Source of the DNA: an uncultured Candidatus Saccharibacteria bacterium
Lineage (GTDB): Bacteria; Patescibacteriota; Saccharimonadia; Saccharimonadales; EFPC-124
Reading direction: 5' to 3'
Length of the DNA stretch: 64,000 nucleotides
NCBI GenBank assembly: GCA_965225085.1
Contig: CBDDBE010000002.1
Coordinates: 6,014 to 70,013, forward strand
Positions 1-9,421 of this stretch are shown piece after piece. Each line of letters starts with the position of its first letter. The stretch's first letter is position 1. A model generated the notes under the pieces. It ran no database searches, was not told the DNA's origin, and saw nothing but the letters and a program-made list of their open reading frames with translations. The position numbers were made by a program, and so were the translations under genes.

Positions 1-2
1 AC

Positions 3-680
3 TTCCGTGCGTTGATGTCCGCCATGGGCGAGCTCCACCAGGAGCTCCTCGTGCAGACTCCTCCGCCGGACGCCGTCCTCGCTTCGCTGCAGATGCTCAC
101 GAGCCCTCCGGCTCCCTCGACGCCGTCTATGCCGTACCCCACCAGTGTACAGCTGCCACCGGTCCCTCCGCAGTCGTTCGACGGCTACGGGCGCCATGGT
201 GGCGACTGGTCGGAGACCGGAGTGACCGCCACCTTCAGCTCGACTTCCAACGCGCCTTACGACGCCTACGGGCGGGATGCCTACTCGCAACCGCCGGCTG
301 CGTCGCAGTCGTCCACCTCGCAGTGGGACGACGAGCGAGAGGAGCCACGGCCTGGCCGTGATCGTCGCGATGACCGGGGTAACGGTGGCAACGGCCGTCG
401 TAACGAGCGTAACCGCAGTGACCGCCGCTACAGAGAAGACGAGGATCGTTCCAGCCGCGGCGGTCAGGGCGGAGGCTCCCAGCGAGGCTCCGGCTCCAAC
501 GATCGACGTGGTAGCGACCAGCCCTCAAGGCCGGCTCAGCCGCAGTCGAGCGGCAACAACCGTCTCGGCGACAGCGCTCAGCCCGGCACGAGGCCCGGCG
601 ACGCCGTCGTTGTTGACTCCACCGAAGAAGAATCGCGTGTCCAACCGGAGCGCCGGTCTTCCGGTCGCCCTCTCCTGTAG
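3..680 (+). CDS. 3' part of a CDS running off the left edge; Pro-rich then R/D/G/S/N-rich low-complexity tail (RDRRDDRGNGGNGRRNERNRSDRRYREDEDRSSRGGQGGG)
   Basis: Frame is open from nt 3 to the TAG at 678-680. Third codon positions are almost all G/C, as expected for coding in ~65% GC DNA. The next gene follows after 12 nt behind GGAGGA. No family recognised. Confidence 0.45.
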   Translation, partial: FRALMSAMGELHQELLVQTPPPDAVLASLQMLTSPPAPSTPSMPYPTSVQLPPVPPQSFDGYGRHGGDWSETGVTATFSSTSNAPYDAYGRDAYSQPPAASQSSTSQWDDEREEPRPGRDRRDDRGNGGNGRRNERNRSDRRYREDEDRSSRGGQGGGSQRGSGSNDRRGSDQPSRPAQPQSSGNNRLGDSAQPGTRPGDAVVVDSTEEESRVQPERRSSGRPLL

Positions 681-692
681 GAGGATTCAAAC

Positions 693-1532
693 ATGTCGTC
701 ATTCGTGATGATCATGCTCGTTTCGACGCTGCTTTTGTCGGGGCGGAGGCTCCGCAAGCACATGAGGAACGATGTCTTCGACGTGAAGAAGGACAAGAGC
801 GTCCGGTACGCCTGGATGGCGTTCCTGGGCGCTCTGTTCACGCTGACCTGCCTGTGGCTCGCTGGCAACATCCAGGGAGTCTTCGGACTCCTGGTGGTGG
901 TGCTCAGCATGGCGCTGGCATTCTCTATCGTCGTGATGCTCTTCACCTCAGTGTGGTGGCCGTCCGGTAGCTTCGGCGACTGGTCGTATAACCTGCTGTG
1001 GCTGGGCAAGCCTGACGGTAGTAAGCGAGTAACGTGGCTGCGGATGCCGCCGGTCGTGTGCGTCGAGGTCCTCCTGGGCTTCGTCGTACTCCCGGTGCTC
1101 ATCCTGGTGGCCGCGCCGTCGTCATCGAACACCGGCATGTCCGAGTTCGGCGACGGCTACTCATCGGCAGCTCCGTCACAGGCGTCGACTCCCTTGGGTG
1201 TCGTGTCTGTGGCACCCGTCACCACGGCTACGACCATGGCAGCGCCGCCGACGGCAACGTCGATTGCTCCTGCCACTTCCACCTCGACCGTCGCCGGATC
1301 CAAATTCTGCGACGCGCCGAACATGGAAGCCGCTCCGGGGACTAAGCTAACGGCAAGGTCTTCCGGGGTCGAGGAGTGCGTGAACGGCAGCTGGGTGCCC
1401 TTGTCGACCTTGCTCAAGAACGCGCCGGCCGTCGGTTCCGCTCGTCACGATGCCTACCAGTACTGGTTTATCCAGCAGCCTGGCAAGGATATCATCGTGG
1501 TCCGGTGGGTGACGTCCTCGCCGACTCCCTAG
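693..1532 (+). CDS. Membrane protein (several N-terminal TM segments, S/T/P/A-rich linker, small C-terminal Cys-containing domain), unknown function
   Basis: ATG preceded by GGAGGA at a 7-nt spacing. Hydrophobic stretches include LVSTLLLSG, WMAFLGALFTLTCLWLAG, LLVVVLSMALAFSIVVMLF and VLLGFVVLPVLILVAA. GC3-rich codons. Confidence 0.6.
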   Translation: MSSFVMIMLVSTLLLSGRRLRKHMRNDVFDVKKDKSVRYAWMAFLGALFTLTCLWLAGNIQGVFGLLVVVLSMALAFSIVVMLFTSVWWPSGSFGDWSYNLLWLGKPDGSKRVTWLRMPPVVCVEVLLGFVVLPVLILVAAPSSSNTGMSEFGDGYSSAAPSQASTPLGVVSVAPVTTATTMAAPPTATSIAPATSTSTVAGSKFCDAPNMEAAPGTKLTARSSGVEECVNGSWVPLSTLLKNAPAVGSARHDAYQYWFIQQPGKDIIVVRWVTSSPTP

Positions 1533-1568
1533 GTTACCGCGGAGCCAACTCTGCACGGCGCAGCACGC

Positions 1569-1696
1569 CCTCCTCGTCCAGGGGAGGACTCGCGTCCAGA
1601 TCGCGGGTTCGCGCTTACCATCTACACCCCCCAAGCGGTGCAGCACTCGTCGCGGGCTCCTCAAAAGAGCCCTCGAACCTGTGCTGCCCGCTGGGG
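1569..1696. other. GC-rich noncoding segment with nested hairpins at the compositional boundary
   Basis: Hairpin CCTCCTC(1569-75)/GGGGAGG(1581-87). Long helix CCCC-GCGG-GCAGCAC(1629-46)/GTGCTGC-CCGC-GGGG(1681-96) encloses GGGCTC(1654-59)/GAGCCC(1667-72) with a 7-nt loop. No known RNA family recognised. Confidence 0.3.
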
Positions 1697-1868
1697 CGCA
1701 CCACCCTTACGAGTAGCAACAGACTGTAATATGGTAGCTTGTTTTCAGGCACTGGCATGGGCTAGTGCTATTTTTGTGGTGTAGTAGGTGTTGCATTTAT
1801 TTCACGCTTATGCTATAAAGGATATATACAAAAGTACGAAAAATAAAAAAAGCAAAGGTAGCAAAAAC

Positions 1869-2297
1869 ATGTCAGCTGCAATTACACAAAGTTCTGTCAA
1901 TCACGTCTCGCTAGGGGACCTAAGTGCCACCGTGCAGCACGCTGTGCGGGCGTTTTTGGGCGGGCGACACATACCAACCGAGCTTTCGGTCGCAGCCGCA
2001 CATTATGAAGGACTTATCGACCGAATAGAGGGAGCGGGTTGGAGCTTTGACAAGCTAAACCAGGTGCGGCACGCATTTGACGCAACGGCGCGTAGCCTCA
2101 TGAGCGATCTGGAGGATAGTTATCCGGATATGTCCGAGGCAGAACAACGATCATTTTTGGCGCCATTTCTGACGGCTTTGCATCAATTTGCCGAATTGAC
2201 GCAGAAGGAGCGTGAAGCATTGCGCGCAGAGTATGAGCGCTTTACCCAGCTGCGCGCCGAGACTCTGCAAGAGTTCGCCGTCGAACAAGACGTGTAA
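1869..2297 (+). CDS. Hypothetical helical protein (142 aa from the MSAAITQ start)
   Basis: ORF 1788-2297. The internal ATG at 1869 follows an A-rich leader containing AAAGG. No motif recognised. Confidence 0.45.
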   Translation: MSAAITQSSVNHVSLGDLSATVQHAVRAFLGGRHIPTELSVAAAHYEGLIDRIEGAGWSFDKLNQVRHAFDATARSLMSDLEDSYPDMSEAEQRSFLAPFLTALHQFAELTQKEREALRAEYERFTQLRAETLQEFAVEQDV

Positions 2298-2360
2298 CGC
2301 GCCCCTTGGCGATTACGGAAATCTGATCTACTATAGGTGTAGTGAGGGTGTCACAACAAC

Positions 2361-2669
2361 ATGTTTCGACTTGATGACAGTTTTCTGGTGCGTCTGGGCC
2401 TCGGCGATATGCCGGCAGAGGATAAAGGGGCCTTCTTGATGTATGTCGGCGAAGAACTAGAAGCACGCGTGGGGGCTGAACTATCGAGGGATTTGAGTGA
2501 CGAACAGCTGGAAGAGTTCGAGAGATTGGCCAATGGCGACCAAGATGACGCTACGAAGTGGATGGAAGAGCACTGCCCAGGGTACAAGGATGTCGTGAAG
2601 AAGCAAATGCGAACACTCGAGGAAGAAATTATTGCTGGCAAAGACGTGCTACTAAACCCAGAAGGCTAG
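2361..2669 (+). CDS. Small acidic helical protein of a type common in CPR genomes (I recall it as DUF5663-like; unverified)
   Basis: 102-aa ORF containing LGLGDMPAEDKGAFLMYVGEELEARVGAELSRDLSDEQLEEFERL. Confidence 0.55.
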   Translation: MFRLDDSFLVRLGLGDMPAEDKGAFLMYVGEELEARVGAELSRDLSDEQLEEFERLANGDQDDATKWMEEHCPGYKDVVKKQMRTLEEEIIAGKDVLLNPEG

Positions 2670-3568
2670 GCGGTTTTGTTATTATAGCCGCGCAGAAAAT
2701 CTGCCGCGGTCATTTTTTTGCCACTCGGCGCGATGAGCTCGTCGATTTGCAGAAAACCAGGATGACAAGGAATAGTTAGGGGGTCCTGCATGGTTTGTGC
2801 GACATGGGCTTTGGTGACGATAACCGGGTGTCCAAGCACCTCCGTACGACTTTTGGGCCACACGGCGTAGGCACGAACCTGTCGCTCTAGCTGTTCGGCG
2901 CTCACTAGTGGATCTAATTGGCTGTCATCTTTTTGAATGAGATGAGTAAACGTCGCGTTTTGCTCATTCTGTAGTGTCGGCCGCGCAGTCCCAGATAACA
3001 CGCTTGGCAGTGCCTCTAGCAGTAGTTTACCGCCGAGTCGTAGAAGTGTCTCAGTTAAGGTTTGTTTGGTCTCAGTACCGGTCAGATCTATTGCTTGCTG
3101 GGCATAGATTGGCCCGGCGTCCATCTGCCGTACCAGTCCCATGACCGAGACGCCGGTCTGGCCCGCACCGTCCAAGATCGCTTGTTCGATTGGCGTCGAC
3201 CCGCGGTACATGGGCAGAAGAGATGGGTGAATGTTGAGGACGCCGTGGGGGAACATGTCGATGATGTCCTGGGGGACGATCCGCCCATATGCCACCAGCA
3301 CACCTATGTCCGCGTGCAGGTCGGCTAGTTCCTGTTTGATATCCTGTAGCTTGGCCGGGAGGAGAACGGGAATCTTGTGTGCATGGGCAACTTCCTCTAT
3401 CTCGAGCGCACGCGCCGAACGGGATTGGCCTCGTTCGTAGTTTGCAACGATAGCCTTTACGTCATATCCGGCCTCTATAAGGGCCGATAGCGTAGGTGCG
3501 CCATGGGGCTCAAACCCACTACTTAGACGCTCATTTCCAAAGAAAATCAGACTGTTTGATCTGTTCAT
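2666..3568 (-). CDS. fmt: Methionyl-tRNA formyltransferase
   Basis: LNIHPSLLPMYRGSTPIEQAILDG formyltransferase core. Lies downstream of def. Confidence 0.9.
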   Translation of the reverse strand: MNRSNSLIFFGNERLSSGFEPHGAPTLSALIEAGYDVKAIVANYERGQSRSARALEIEEVAHAHKIPVLLPAKLQDIKQELADLHADIGVLVAYGRIVPQDIIDMFPHGVLNIHPSLLPMYRGSTPIEQAILDGAGQTGVSVMGLVRQMDAGPIYAQQAIDLTGTETKQTLTETLLRLGGKLLLEALPSVLSGTARPTLQNEQNATFTHLIQKDDSQLDPLVSAEQLERQVRAYAVWPKSRTEVLGHPVIVTKAHVAQTMQDPLTIPCHPGFLQIDELIAPSGKKMTAADFLRGYNNKTA

Positions 3569-4100
3569 AAGGGAGTTTTTCTAGCTCGCCGTCTTCGTTC
3601 AGTCGGAAGAAAGCGTCGTTATCTTTGATATGGTCGATAAATAGCGTGCCATTCGTGTGGTCGATCTCGTGCTGAAGTACGCGTGCCAGAAAGCCGTCGG
3701 CTTTGAGCCGAACTTCGCGACCATCTTCGTCGAGGGCGCGGATGCGTACGCGGTGGTGTCTGGGGACGAGCCCATAGATATCCTTGACGCTCAGGCAGCC
3801 TTCGTGATCGTAGGTGACTGCACCCTCGAGCTTGACGATCTCTGGATTGATGAGCGCAAAAAACGTTCGATCATCCCGATCGTCGAAATTGCTACGAACA
3901 ACGACAATGCGGTATAGCTGGTCGACCTGCACCGCGGCAAGCGCGACGCCTAGCTCGTGCGGTCGGTGGTCCTCCCAATCGAGCGTCGCGGCTTCCATGT
4001 CCTGAATTATTTTTTTGACCTGGTCAGTTACGACGTGGACGCGTTTGGACTTTTGGCGTAAGTGCGGGTTGGGGAGTGTTATGATATCATCTCGTGTCAT
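3531..4100 (-). CDS. def: Peptide deformylase
   Basis: Motifs GVALAAVQV, EGCLS and HEIDH. Start trimmed to MTRDDIITLPNP (ATG at 4100, AGGAA upstream). Confidence 0.9.
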   Translation of the reverse strand: MTRDDIITLPNPHLRQKSKRVHVVTDQVKKIIQDMEAATLDWEDHRPHELGVALAAVQVDQLYRIVVVRSNFDDRDDRTFFALINPEIVKLEGAVTYDHEGCLSVKDIYGLVPRHHRVRIRALDEDGREVRLKADGFLARVLQHEIDHTNGTLFIDHIKDNDAFFRLNEDGELEKLPYEQIKQSDFLWK

Positions 4101-4144
4101 ATTGTTTCCTAGTATACGAGACATAACAGATGGTGCGCAATGCT

Positions 4145-6082
4145 TCAAAGAAGATTTGATGGGTCGAGGTCGACCTGCCAGCCGACCGGCATGTGCGCGG
4201 CTATGGCTGCCAGGTCTGCACGCCTGTTGCTCTTGAGCAGTAATTGCCAGCGATAATTACCGTGCAGGCGTTCGTAAAATGCCGGCGTTGGGCCTAGGAT
4301 GATTGGCGGGTTGGGAAGCTGCCGTAGCATGGATGCCATTTTTTGTGCTGCGCGGATTGCTCCAGCTTCTGTTTTGTAGCTGGTCGTAAGCTTCAGCAGG
4401 TGAACAAACGGCGGGAAGGCGCCGGTTCGGCGTTCACGAAGTTGTTCGTGATAAAAGGTGTCGTAGTCCCGCGCCAAGGCAAGTTTGATGGTCGGATGGT
4501 CGGGCAGGAATGTCTGAACAATGACATTGCCTTTGTGTTTGCCTCGGCCAACACGACCCGCTACCTGATACAAAAGCTGAAAAACTCGTTCCTCGGCCTG
4601 GTAGTCAGGCATGTGCAGGCCGTTATCTGCCTGGATGACACCGACGACGCTGAGGTTTGGCACGTCGAGCCCTTTGGCGAGTATCTGCGTCCCGATCATG
4701 ATGTCGATGTCGCCGTCGTAGATTTCTTGGTATCGTTTGTCGAGCGTTGCATCAGCGGCGCTATCTGCGTCGAAGCGAGCAATGTTTGCTTTGGGGAAGA
4801 TTTTGCGGATTTCATCCTCGATCATTTTGGTCCCGATGCCCCGAAATACAATGCTAGGGTTGCTGCACGAAGGGCAGTGCGGTGGGACACTTTGCTCCCG
4901 TCCGCAGATGTGGCAAAGGAGTCGGTGCTTATCGGCGTGCAGCGTCAACGGTACAAAGCAGGCTTCGCACAATGCCGACCAACCACATTCGCTGCACAGC
5001 GTGGTCGGTGCGGTGCCGCGGCGGTTATGAAAGATAAGCGCCTGCTGGTGGTCGTGCAGTGCCCCGCGCAGGGTAGTTAGCAGTGTATCGGATATGAATC
5101 GATGCTCGCGGAACAGGTCCTTGCGACGCAGGTCCACGACCGAGACGTCGGGCACCTCGGTTGCGATTGCTGGCTTCGGTAGCTTCAGGATGGGGCTTTT
5201 TGTTTGCTCAGCCAAATAGTAATCGGCGACTGCTGGCGTGGCGCTACCCAGCACAACCTTTGCGTGCTGGTGGTACTTCGCCAGCATACTGGCTGCTCGA
5301 AGGGCCGAATATCGTGGTGATTGCTCTTGTTTGTAACTTGGCTCGTGCGCTTCGTCGATGACGATAAGCCCGAGGTTTTTAGTGGGCATAAAAAGTGCCG
5401 AGCGAGGCCCAATAATGATAAGTGGGTGATCGGTTTCGAGCACTTGCAGCCAGGCCGCGTGCCGCTCTGGCTCTGTCATATGCGAGTGGGTGACGATAAT
5501 ATGCGGAAAGTGGTTTTGAAACTCTGCAACCAGCTGGGGCGTCAGGGCGATCTCGGGGACGAGTACGATGCAGGAACGACCTTGCTCAAGTTCGTGTTTT
5601 GCAGACTCAATGTACACCTGGGTCTTGCCTGAGCCGGGTACGCCGTGAAGGAGTATCGTACTGTTTTGGTGTTCGGTGATTGTGCGGATGGCGAGGGCTT
5701 GTTGCTGATTGAGTACAATTTGTGTTCTGGCTCGTAGCGCTCTAAAGGCGGGGGCGATTGTTTTCTGGCGACGCTGCTTCTGCAGCCCAGAGGGTAGCAG
5801 TGTTTGCAGGACGAGGGCAAGGTGGGTGGTGTAGTATTTGCTCATCCATTCGGCTAGAGAAAGGAGCGGTTCGGGTACTGGTGTGCTGGATATGATTCGC
5901 TCGATAGGTTTCGTTGCGAAGGTAGGCTTGGCGACTGAACGGAGCACAACACCAACTACTTTGCGTCTGCCGGCGCTGACGTACACAGTAGACCCGATAG
6001 CAAGTTTGGCGTCGTGTTGGTACGTAAAAGCGAACTCGTCATTGCGAATAATTGCAACAGGGGCAACAAGGTAGTAATACAT
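4145..6082 (-). CDS. priA: Primosomal replication restart helicase PriA
   Basis: Walker A GVPGSGKT, DEAHE box and the Cys-rich zinc insert CSECGW..C..C..CHICG..CPSC. Confidence 0.9.
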   Translation of the reverse strand: MYYYLVAPVAIIRNDEFAFTYQHDAKLAIGSTVYVSAGRRKVVGVVLRSVAKPTFATKPIERIISSTPVPEPLLSLAEWMSKYYTTHLALVLQTLLPSGLQKQRRQKTIAPAFRALRARTQIVLNQQQALAIRTITEHQNSTILLHGVPGSGKTQVYIESAKHELEQGRSCIVLVPEIALTPQLVAEFQNHFPHIIVTHSHMTEPERHAAWLQVLETDHPLIIIGPRSALFMPTKNLGLIVIDEAHEPSYKQEQSPRYSALRAASMLAKYHQHAKVVLGSATPAVADYYLAEQTKSPILKLPKPAIATEVPDVSVVDLRRKDLFREHRFISDTLLTTLRGALHDHQQALIFHNRRGTAPTTLCSECGWSALCEACFVPLTLHADKHRLLCHICGREQSVPPHCPSCSNPSIVFRGIGTKMIEDEIRKIFPKANIARFDADSAADATLDKRYQEIYDGDIDIMIGTQILAKGLDVPNLSVVGVIQADNGLHMPDYQAEERVFQLLYQVAGRVGRGKHKGNVIVQTFLPDHPTIKLALARDYDTFYHEQLRERRTGAFPPFVHLLKLTTSYKTEAGAIRAAQKMASMLRQLPNPPIILGPTPAFYERLHGNYRWQLLLKSNRRADLAAIAAHMPVGWQVDLDPSNLL

Positions 6083-6122
6083 GTGGTATTGATTATAAGG
6101 CGTCTGCTACACTTTAGTTAGT

Positions 6123-6809
6123 ATGTACTTCCATTCACGGGCCGAAGCTGGCCAAAAACTCGCCGAACAACTCCAACAGTTTAGATTTGAAAACACAGCC
6201 GTTGTGGCCTTGAGCGATGGTGCGGTCATGGTTGCTGAACAGATAGCCATCTCGCTTCATAGCGTCCTGACGATGCTGCTCAGCGAGAGTGTCCAGGTGC
6301 CCGGCGAGCACACAACTCTCGGATCGGTCACACAAGATGGCGGATTTGTGTATAACAACGCACTGTCTGGTGGTGAAGTCGATGAATACTACAGCGAATT
6401 TCACGGTTATATTGAGGACCAGAAGCGGGAAAAGTCCTCGCACCTTAATCGGCTGCTAGGGCAGGGCGGATTGGTGGACGCAGGCACGCTTCGCGAGCAT
6501 GTCATTATCTTGGTTTCTGACGGACTCAAACATGGCACTTCGTTGGATGCTGCGGCAGAGTTTTTCAAACGAATTAAGATTGAGAAGCTAGTAATTACCA
6601 CGCCAATCGCGTCCGTCCAGGCTGTGGACCGTATGCATATTGTGGCTGACGAGTTACACTGTCTAAGCGTGACTGATAATTATATCAGTACGAATCACTA
6701 TTACGACGTCAATGACATACCATCGCATGAAGAGATTGTCGCCAAGATTAACAACGTTGTGCAAAATTGGCAGCAGTCCGGTAGCGAAAGCGGACTTGCC
6801 GCTTCATGA
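6123..6809 (+). CDS. Phosphoribosyltransferase-like protein
   Basis: N-terminus F.SRAEAGQKLAEQL...VVALSDGAVMVAEQIA and the later ILVSDGLKHGTS resemble a PRTase fold. Assignment made from motif memory only. Confidence 0.5.
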   Translation: MYFHSRAEAGQKLAEQLQQFRFENTAVVALSDGAVMVAEQIAISLHSVLTMLLSESVQVPGEHTTLGSVTQDGGFVYNNALSGGEVDEYYSEFHGYIEDQKREKSSHLNRLLGQGGLVDAGTLREHVIILVSDGLKHGTSLDAAAEFFKRIKIEKLVITTPIASVQAVDRMHIVADELHCLSVTDNYISTNHYYDVNDIPSHEEIVAKINNVVQNWQQSGSESGLAAS

Positions 6810-6865
6810 TGATGAATGTAGAATTATTAGCAACAGGATAAAAAGACAGGTACGTAAGGGCGAAG

Positions 6866-7150
6866 ATGTTAGACATATTTATCACTTCTAGGGTGCGACG
6901 CAAAATTGTGGTCGTATATGCCAAATATCCTGATTTTAAGACGCATGTTCGTGGCCTCGCTAAGCTTATCAAGGAAGATCCAGGCAATATTCAGCGCGAA
7001 TTGAAGCGTCTCGAGAAGGTTGGGTTTCTTCACTCCGAAAAGCAGGGCAACACCAAGATATATTCGACCAATAAGCATTTTGCGATATTCAAAGAGCTTC
7101 AAAGTATTGTTCTAAAATCCCAACAAGCGCAGCAAAAGGCCAAGCGGTAG
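6866..7150 (+). CDS. Small winged-helix (ArsR/MarR-like) DNA-binding protein
   Basis: 94 aa. LAKLIKEDPGNIQRELKRLEKVGFLHSEKQGNTKIYS looks like a helix-turn-helix plus wing. Confidence 0.6.
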   Translation: MLDIFITSRVRRKIVVVYAKYPDFKTHVRGLAKLIKEDPGNIQRELKRLEKVGFLHSEKQGNTKIYSTNKHFAIFKELQSIVLKSQQAQQKAKR

Positions 7151-7159
7151 CATCGGCTC

Positions 7160-8797
7160 ATGGCGAGCCGTCTGTTCGAGGAATTGTTACGATCGCGCGG
7201 ACTTGATGACCCGGTCGTCCGAGCGGCTTTTCTGGCGCCTGATTACGATGCCGCGCGGCACGATCCGTTCCTACTGCCTGATATGGAGCAGGCTGTAGAG
7301 CGACTACTCATAGCCAAGCAGAAGCAGGAGCTAGTTTATATATACGGCGACTACGACATAGACGGGTTGACAGCAACGACGACGCTCCTCGAGGCCTTTA
7401 CTGCTTTTGGTATTCGCGTAGAGTCATTTATTCCAAACCGATTCGTCGAAGGCTATGGGCTGGTTAAATCGGCCGTGCAGCAGCTAAAAGAAAGAGGCGC
7501 GGACTTGATCGTGACAGTCGACTGTGGAAGTTTATCGCACGCCGAGATTGCGTTTGCTGCCGAGCTGGGCATGGACGTCATCGTGACCGATCACCACAGC
7601 GTTGCCGAAACAATGCCGGCGGCCGTAGCTACAATTAATCCCAAACGATCCGATCACAAGTATCCGTTTATTGATTTGGCCGGAGTGGGTGTGGCGTTCA
7701 AGCTCGTGCAAGCATTGCAACAGCGCACTGACGGCATGCCTGCGGGGCACGAGAAATGGCTGTTGGACCTGGTGTGCATGGGCACTGTGTGCGACGTCGT
7801 AACGCTGGTGGACGAGAACCGGGCGAATGTGTTCTGGGGCTTGCAGGTTATGCACAAGACTCGTCGTCTGGGCATCAGGGCGCTTGCGACAGTGGCGGGC
7901 CTGCGAGTGGAGGAGCTAACCGCGCGGCATTTGGGGTTTGTGCTGGGGCCGCACCTCAACGCCGCCGGTCGGTTAGAGACAGCTCAGCTGAGCCTCGACC
8001 TGTTGACCGCAACTGATCCGCAGAAGGCACTCGATATTGCAAATCAGCTGCACGCCATGAACCTGGCCCGACGTGCAGAGCAGGACCGTATCGTGGGCGA
8101 GGCTATTACTCAAGCTGCACAATTTGTGGACGATCCAGTCCTGATTTTGTCTGACCCCAGTTGGTCGCACGGTATTATTGGTATCGTCGCGGCAAAGATG
8201 TTGGAGCGGTATGCCAAGCCAACGTTTGTGCTGCAGGAGATGGGCGATGAAAGCAAAGGATCTGCTCGGAGCTACGGCGATTTTAGCGCTGTGGAAGGCA
8301 TCCGCGCATCAGAGGAATGGTTGACGCGTGGTGGCGGCCACAAGCTGGCGGCGGGCGTGACATTGCCGACGGCGAATATACCGAATTTTCGGCAAGCTAT
8401 CAATGATTTCTATCGTTCGCTTGCACTCAGCGACCAGGCTCGACACCTGCAGCCTAAGGCTGACGCCGCCATCGAGGACCTGCAATACGTTACTCCCGAC
8501 CTTATGCTAGAGCTCAAGCAGTTGGAGCCGTACGGGCACGGCAATCCGTCACCGGTCTTTCATATTCCACAGACGACAGTACTGGAGCGTCGCCTGATGG
8601 GTGCCGAGCGTCAGCATCTGAAGTTGCGATTGCAAGATCCACAGGGGCGGTCATTTGCCGTTGTCGGGTTCGGTATGGCCGACAAGGTAGTAGCCGATGC
8701 GGGGCAAGCTATAGAGGTGTGGGTTGAGTTGATCGAGAATGAATGGCGGGGTGTGGTGAGTATCGAAGGGCGGTTGCTGCGTGCTGAGCCGTTGTAG
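7160..8797 (+). CDS. recJ: Single-stranded-DNA exonuclease RecJ
   Basis: DHH motifs GDYDIDGLT, VDCG and VTDHH. DHHA1 region with GGHKLAAG. Confidence 0.9.
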   Translation: MASRLFEELLRSRGLDDPVVRAAFLAPDYDAARHDPFLLPDMEQAVERLLIAKQKQELVYIYGDYDIDGLTATTTLLEAFTAFGIRVESFIPNRFVEGYGLVKSAVQQLKERGADLIVTVDCGSLSHAEIAFAAELGMDVIVTDHHSVAETMPAAVATINPKRSDHKYPFIDLAGVGVAFKLVQALQQRTDGMPAGHEKWLLDLVCMGTVCDVVTLVDENRANVFWGLQVMHKTRRLGIRALATVAGLRVEELTARHLGFVLGPHLNAAGRLETAQLSLDLLTATDPQKALDIANQLHAMNLARRAEQDRIVGEAITQAAQFVDDPVLILSDPSWSHGIIGIVAAKMLERYAKPTFVLQEMGDESKGSARSYGDFSAVEGIRASEEWLTRGGGHKLAAGVTLPTANIPNFRQAINDFYRSLALSDQARHLQPKADAAIEDLQYVTPDLMLELKQLEPYGHGNPSPVFHIPQTTVLERRLMGAERQHLKLRLQDPQGRSFAVVGFGMADKVVADAGQAIEVWVELIENEWRGVVSIEGRLLRAEPL

Positions 8798-8838
8798 GTG
8801 ATGAGGTGGCGGCGTCTTGCTGGACGCCGCCACCGGGC

Positions 8839-9282
8839 TTAGGGGCGAGGCGGCTCGTGCGTGAATGTGTGTCCGTGCTGCTTGGCGTAGGCTACGATCT
8901 TTGGTGGAATATCGGGAAGCCGTCCGGGCAGGAATTCTACCTCCGAGCTAACCACGAATGCGATACCGCAGTGTTCGCAGGCCACGTTTGTCTTAAACCT
9001 CCGTCCGCATTGCGAGCAGTAGCGCAGGATCATTGTGAGCCCGCCCACTGCGGTTGCTGCTTTCATGACGGCAGCTGCGTGGGTCTTGTAGCGGGTCAGT
9101 TGAGACAAGCGCTGGTTCATGAGCTGCGAACCCGCGCGTGCAGTGAGACCATTCAGGTCAAATATACTTCCCTGAACAAGTCCCGTGACTGTCATGACGA
9201 CCGACTGTTCGACGCTGTGAGTCTCGGCCAGTTTGGTTGGATCGACTAGCATGAACTGCGCTGCGTATGCTGGTGCCGGCAT
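8839..9282 (-). CDS. Hypothetical protein with a C-terminal CxxC...CxxC zinc ribbon
   Basis: Start MPAPAY lies behind GAGGAG. Zinc ribbon CSQCGRRFKTNVACEHCG. The N-terminal part vaguely resembles YbjQ/UPF0145 (unverified). Confidence 0.5.
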   Translation of the reverse strand: MPAPAYAAQFMLVDPTKLAETHSVEQSVVMTVTGLVQGSIFDLNGLTARAGSQLMNQRLSQLTRYKTHAAAVMKAATAVGGLTMILRYCSQCGRRFKTNVACEHCGIAFVVSSEVEFLPGRLPDIPPKIVAYAKQHGHTFTHEPPRP

Positions 9283-9392
9283 GTAGTTCTCCTCAAAAGG
9301 TCTCGATGTCAGTAGCACGTCGCCTCGGGCTTATGCCCGCATCAAATGTAGGGGCTTTCTGTGATTCGGTCAAGATCGTACTCAGATGGTGG

Positions 9393-9421
9393 TTGCACAT
9401 CCGCCTCTGTTTTGGTACAAT
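9393..9421 (+). promoter_or_regulatory. Candidate sigma70-type promoter of rpsU (TTGCAC-N17-TACAAT)
   Basis: -35 at 9393-98 and -10 at 9416-21, with the ATG at 9432. No SD lies in between. Confidence 0.35.

Noticed and set aside
235-1664. Overlapping alternative-frame ORFs in the GC-rich left segment: 235-702(-), 277-708(+), 578-1138(-), 1034-1345(+), 1157-1417(-), 1347-1664(-) and 1376-1729(+).
   Set aside because: The chosen frames show G/C-saturated third positions and SD-coupled starts. The alternatives are Arg/Pro/Gly-rich translations expected from off-frame reading of high-GC genes.
1640-1700. A tRNA-like stem-loop, GGGCTC-CTCAAAA-GAGCCC, with a 7-nt loop and a nearby GGTTCGAG on the minus strand.
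   Set aside because: I could not build a cloverleaf on either strand. There is no acceptor or D arm, and the T-loop-like string is on the wrong side of the putative anticodon arm.
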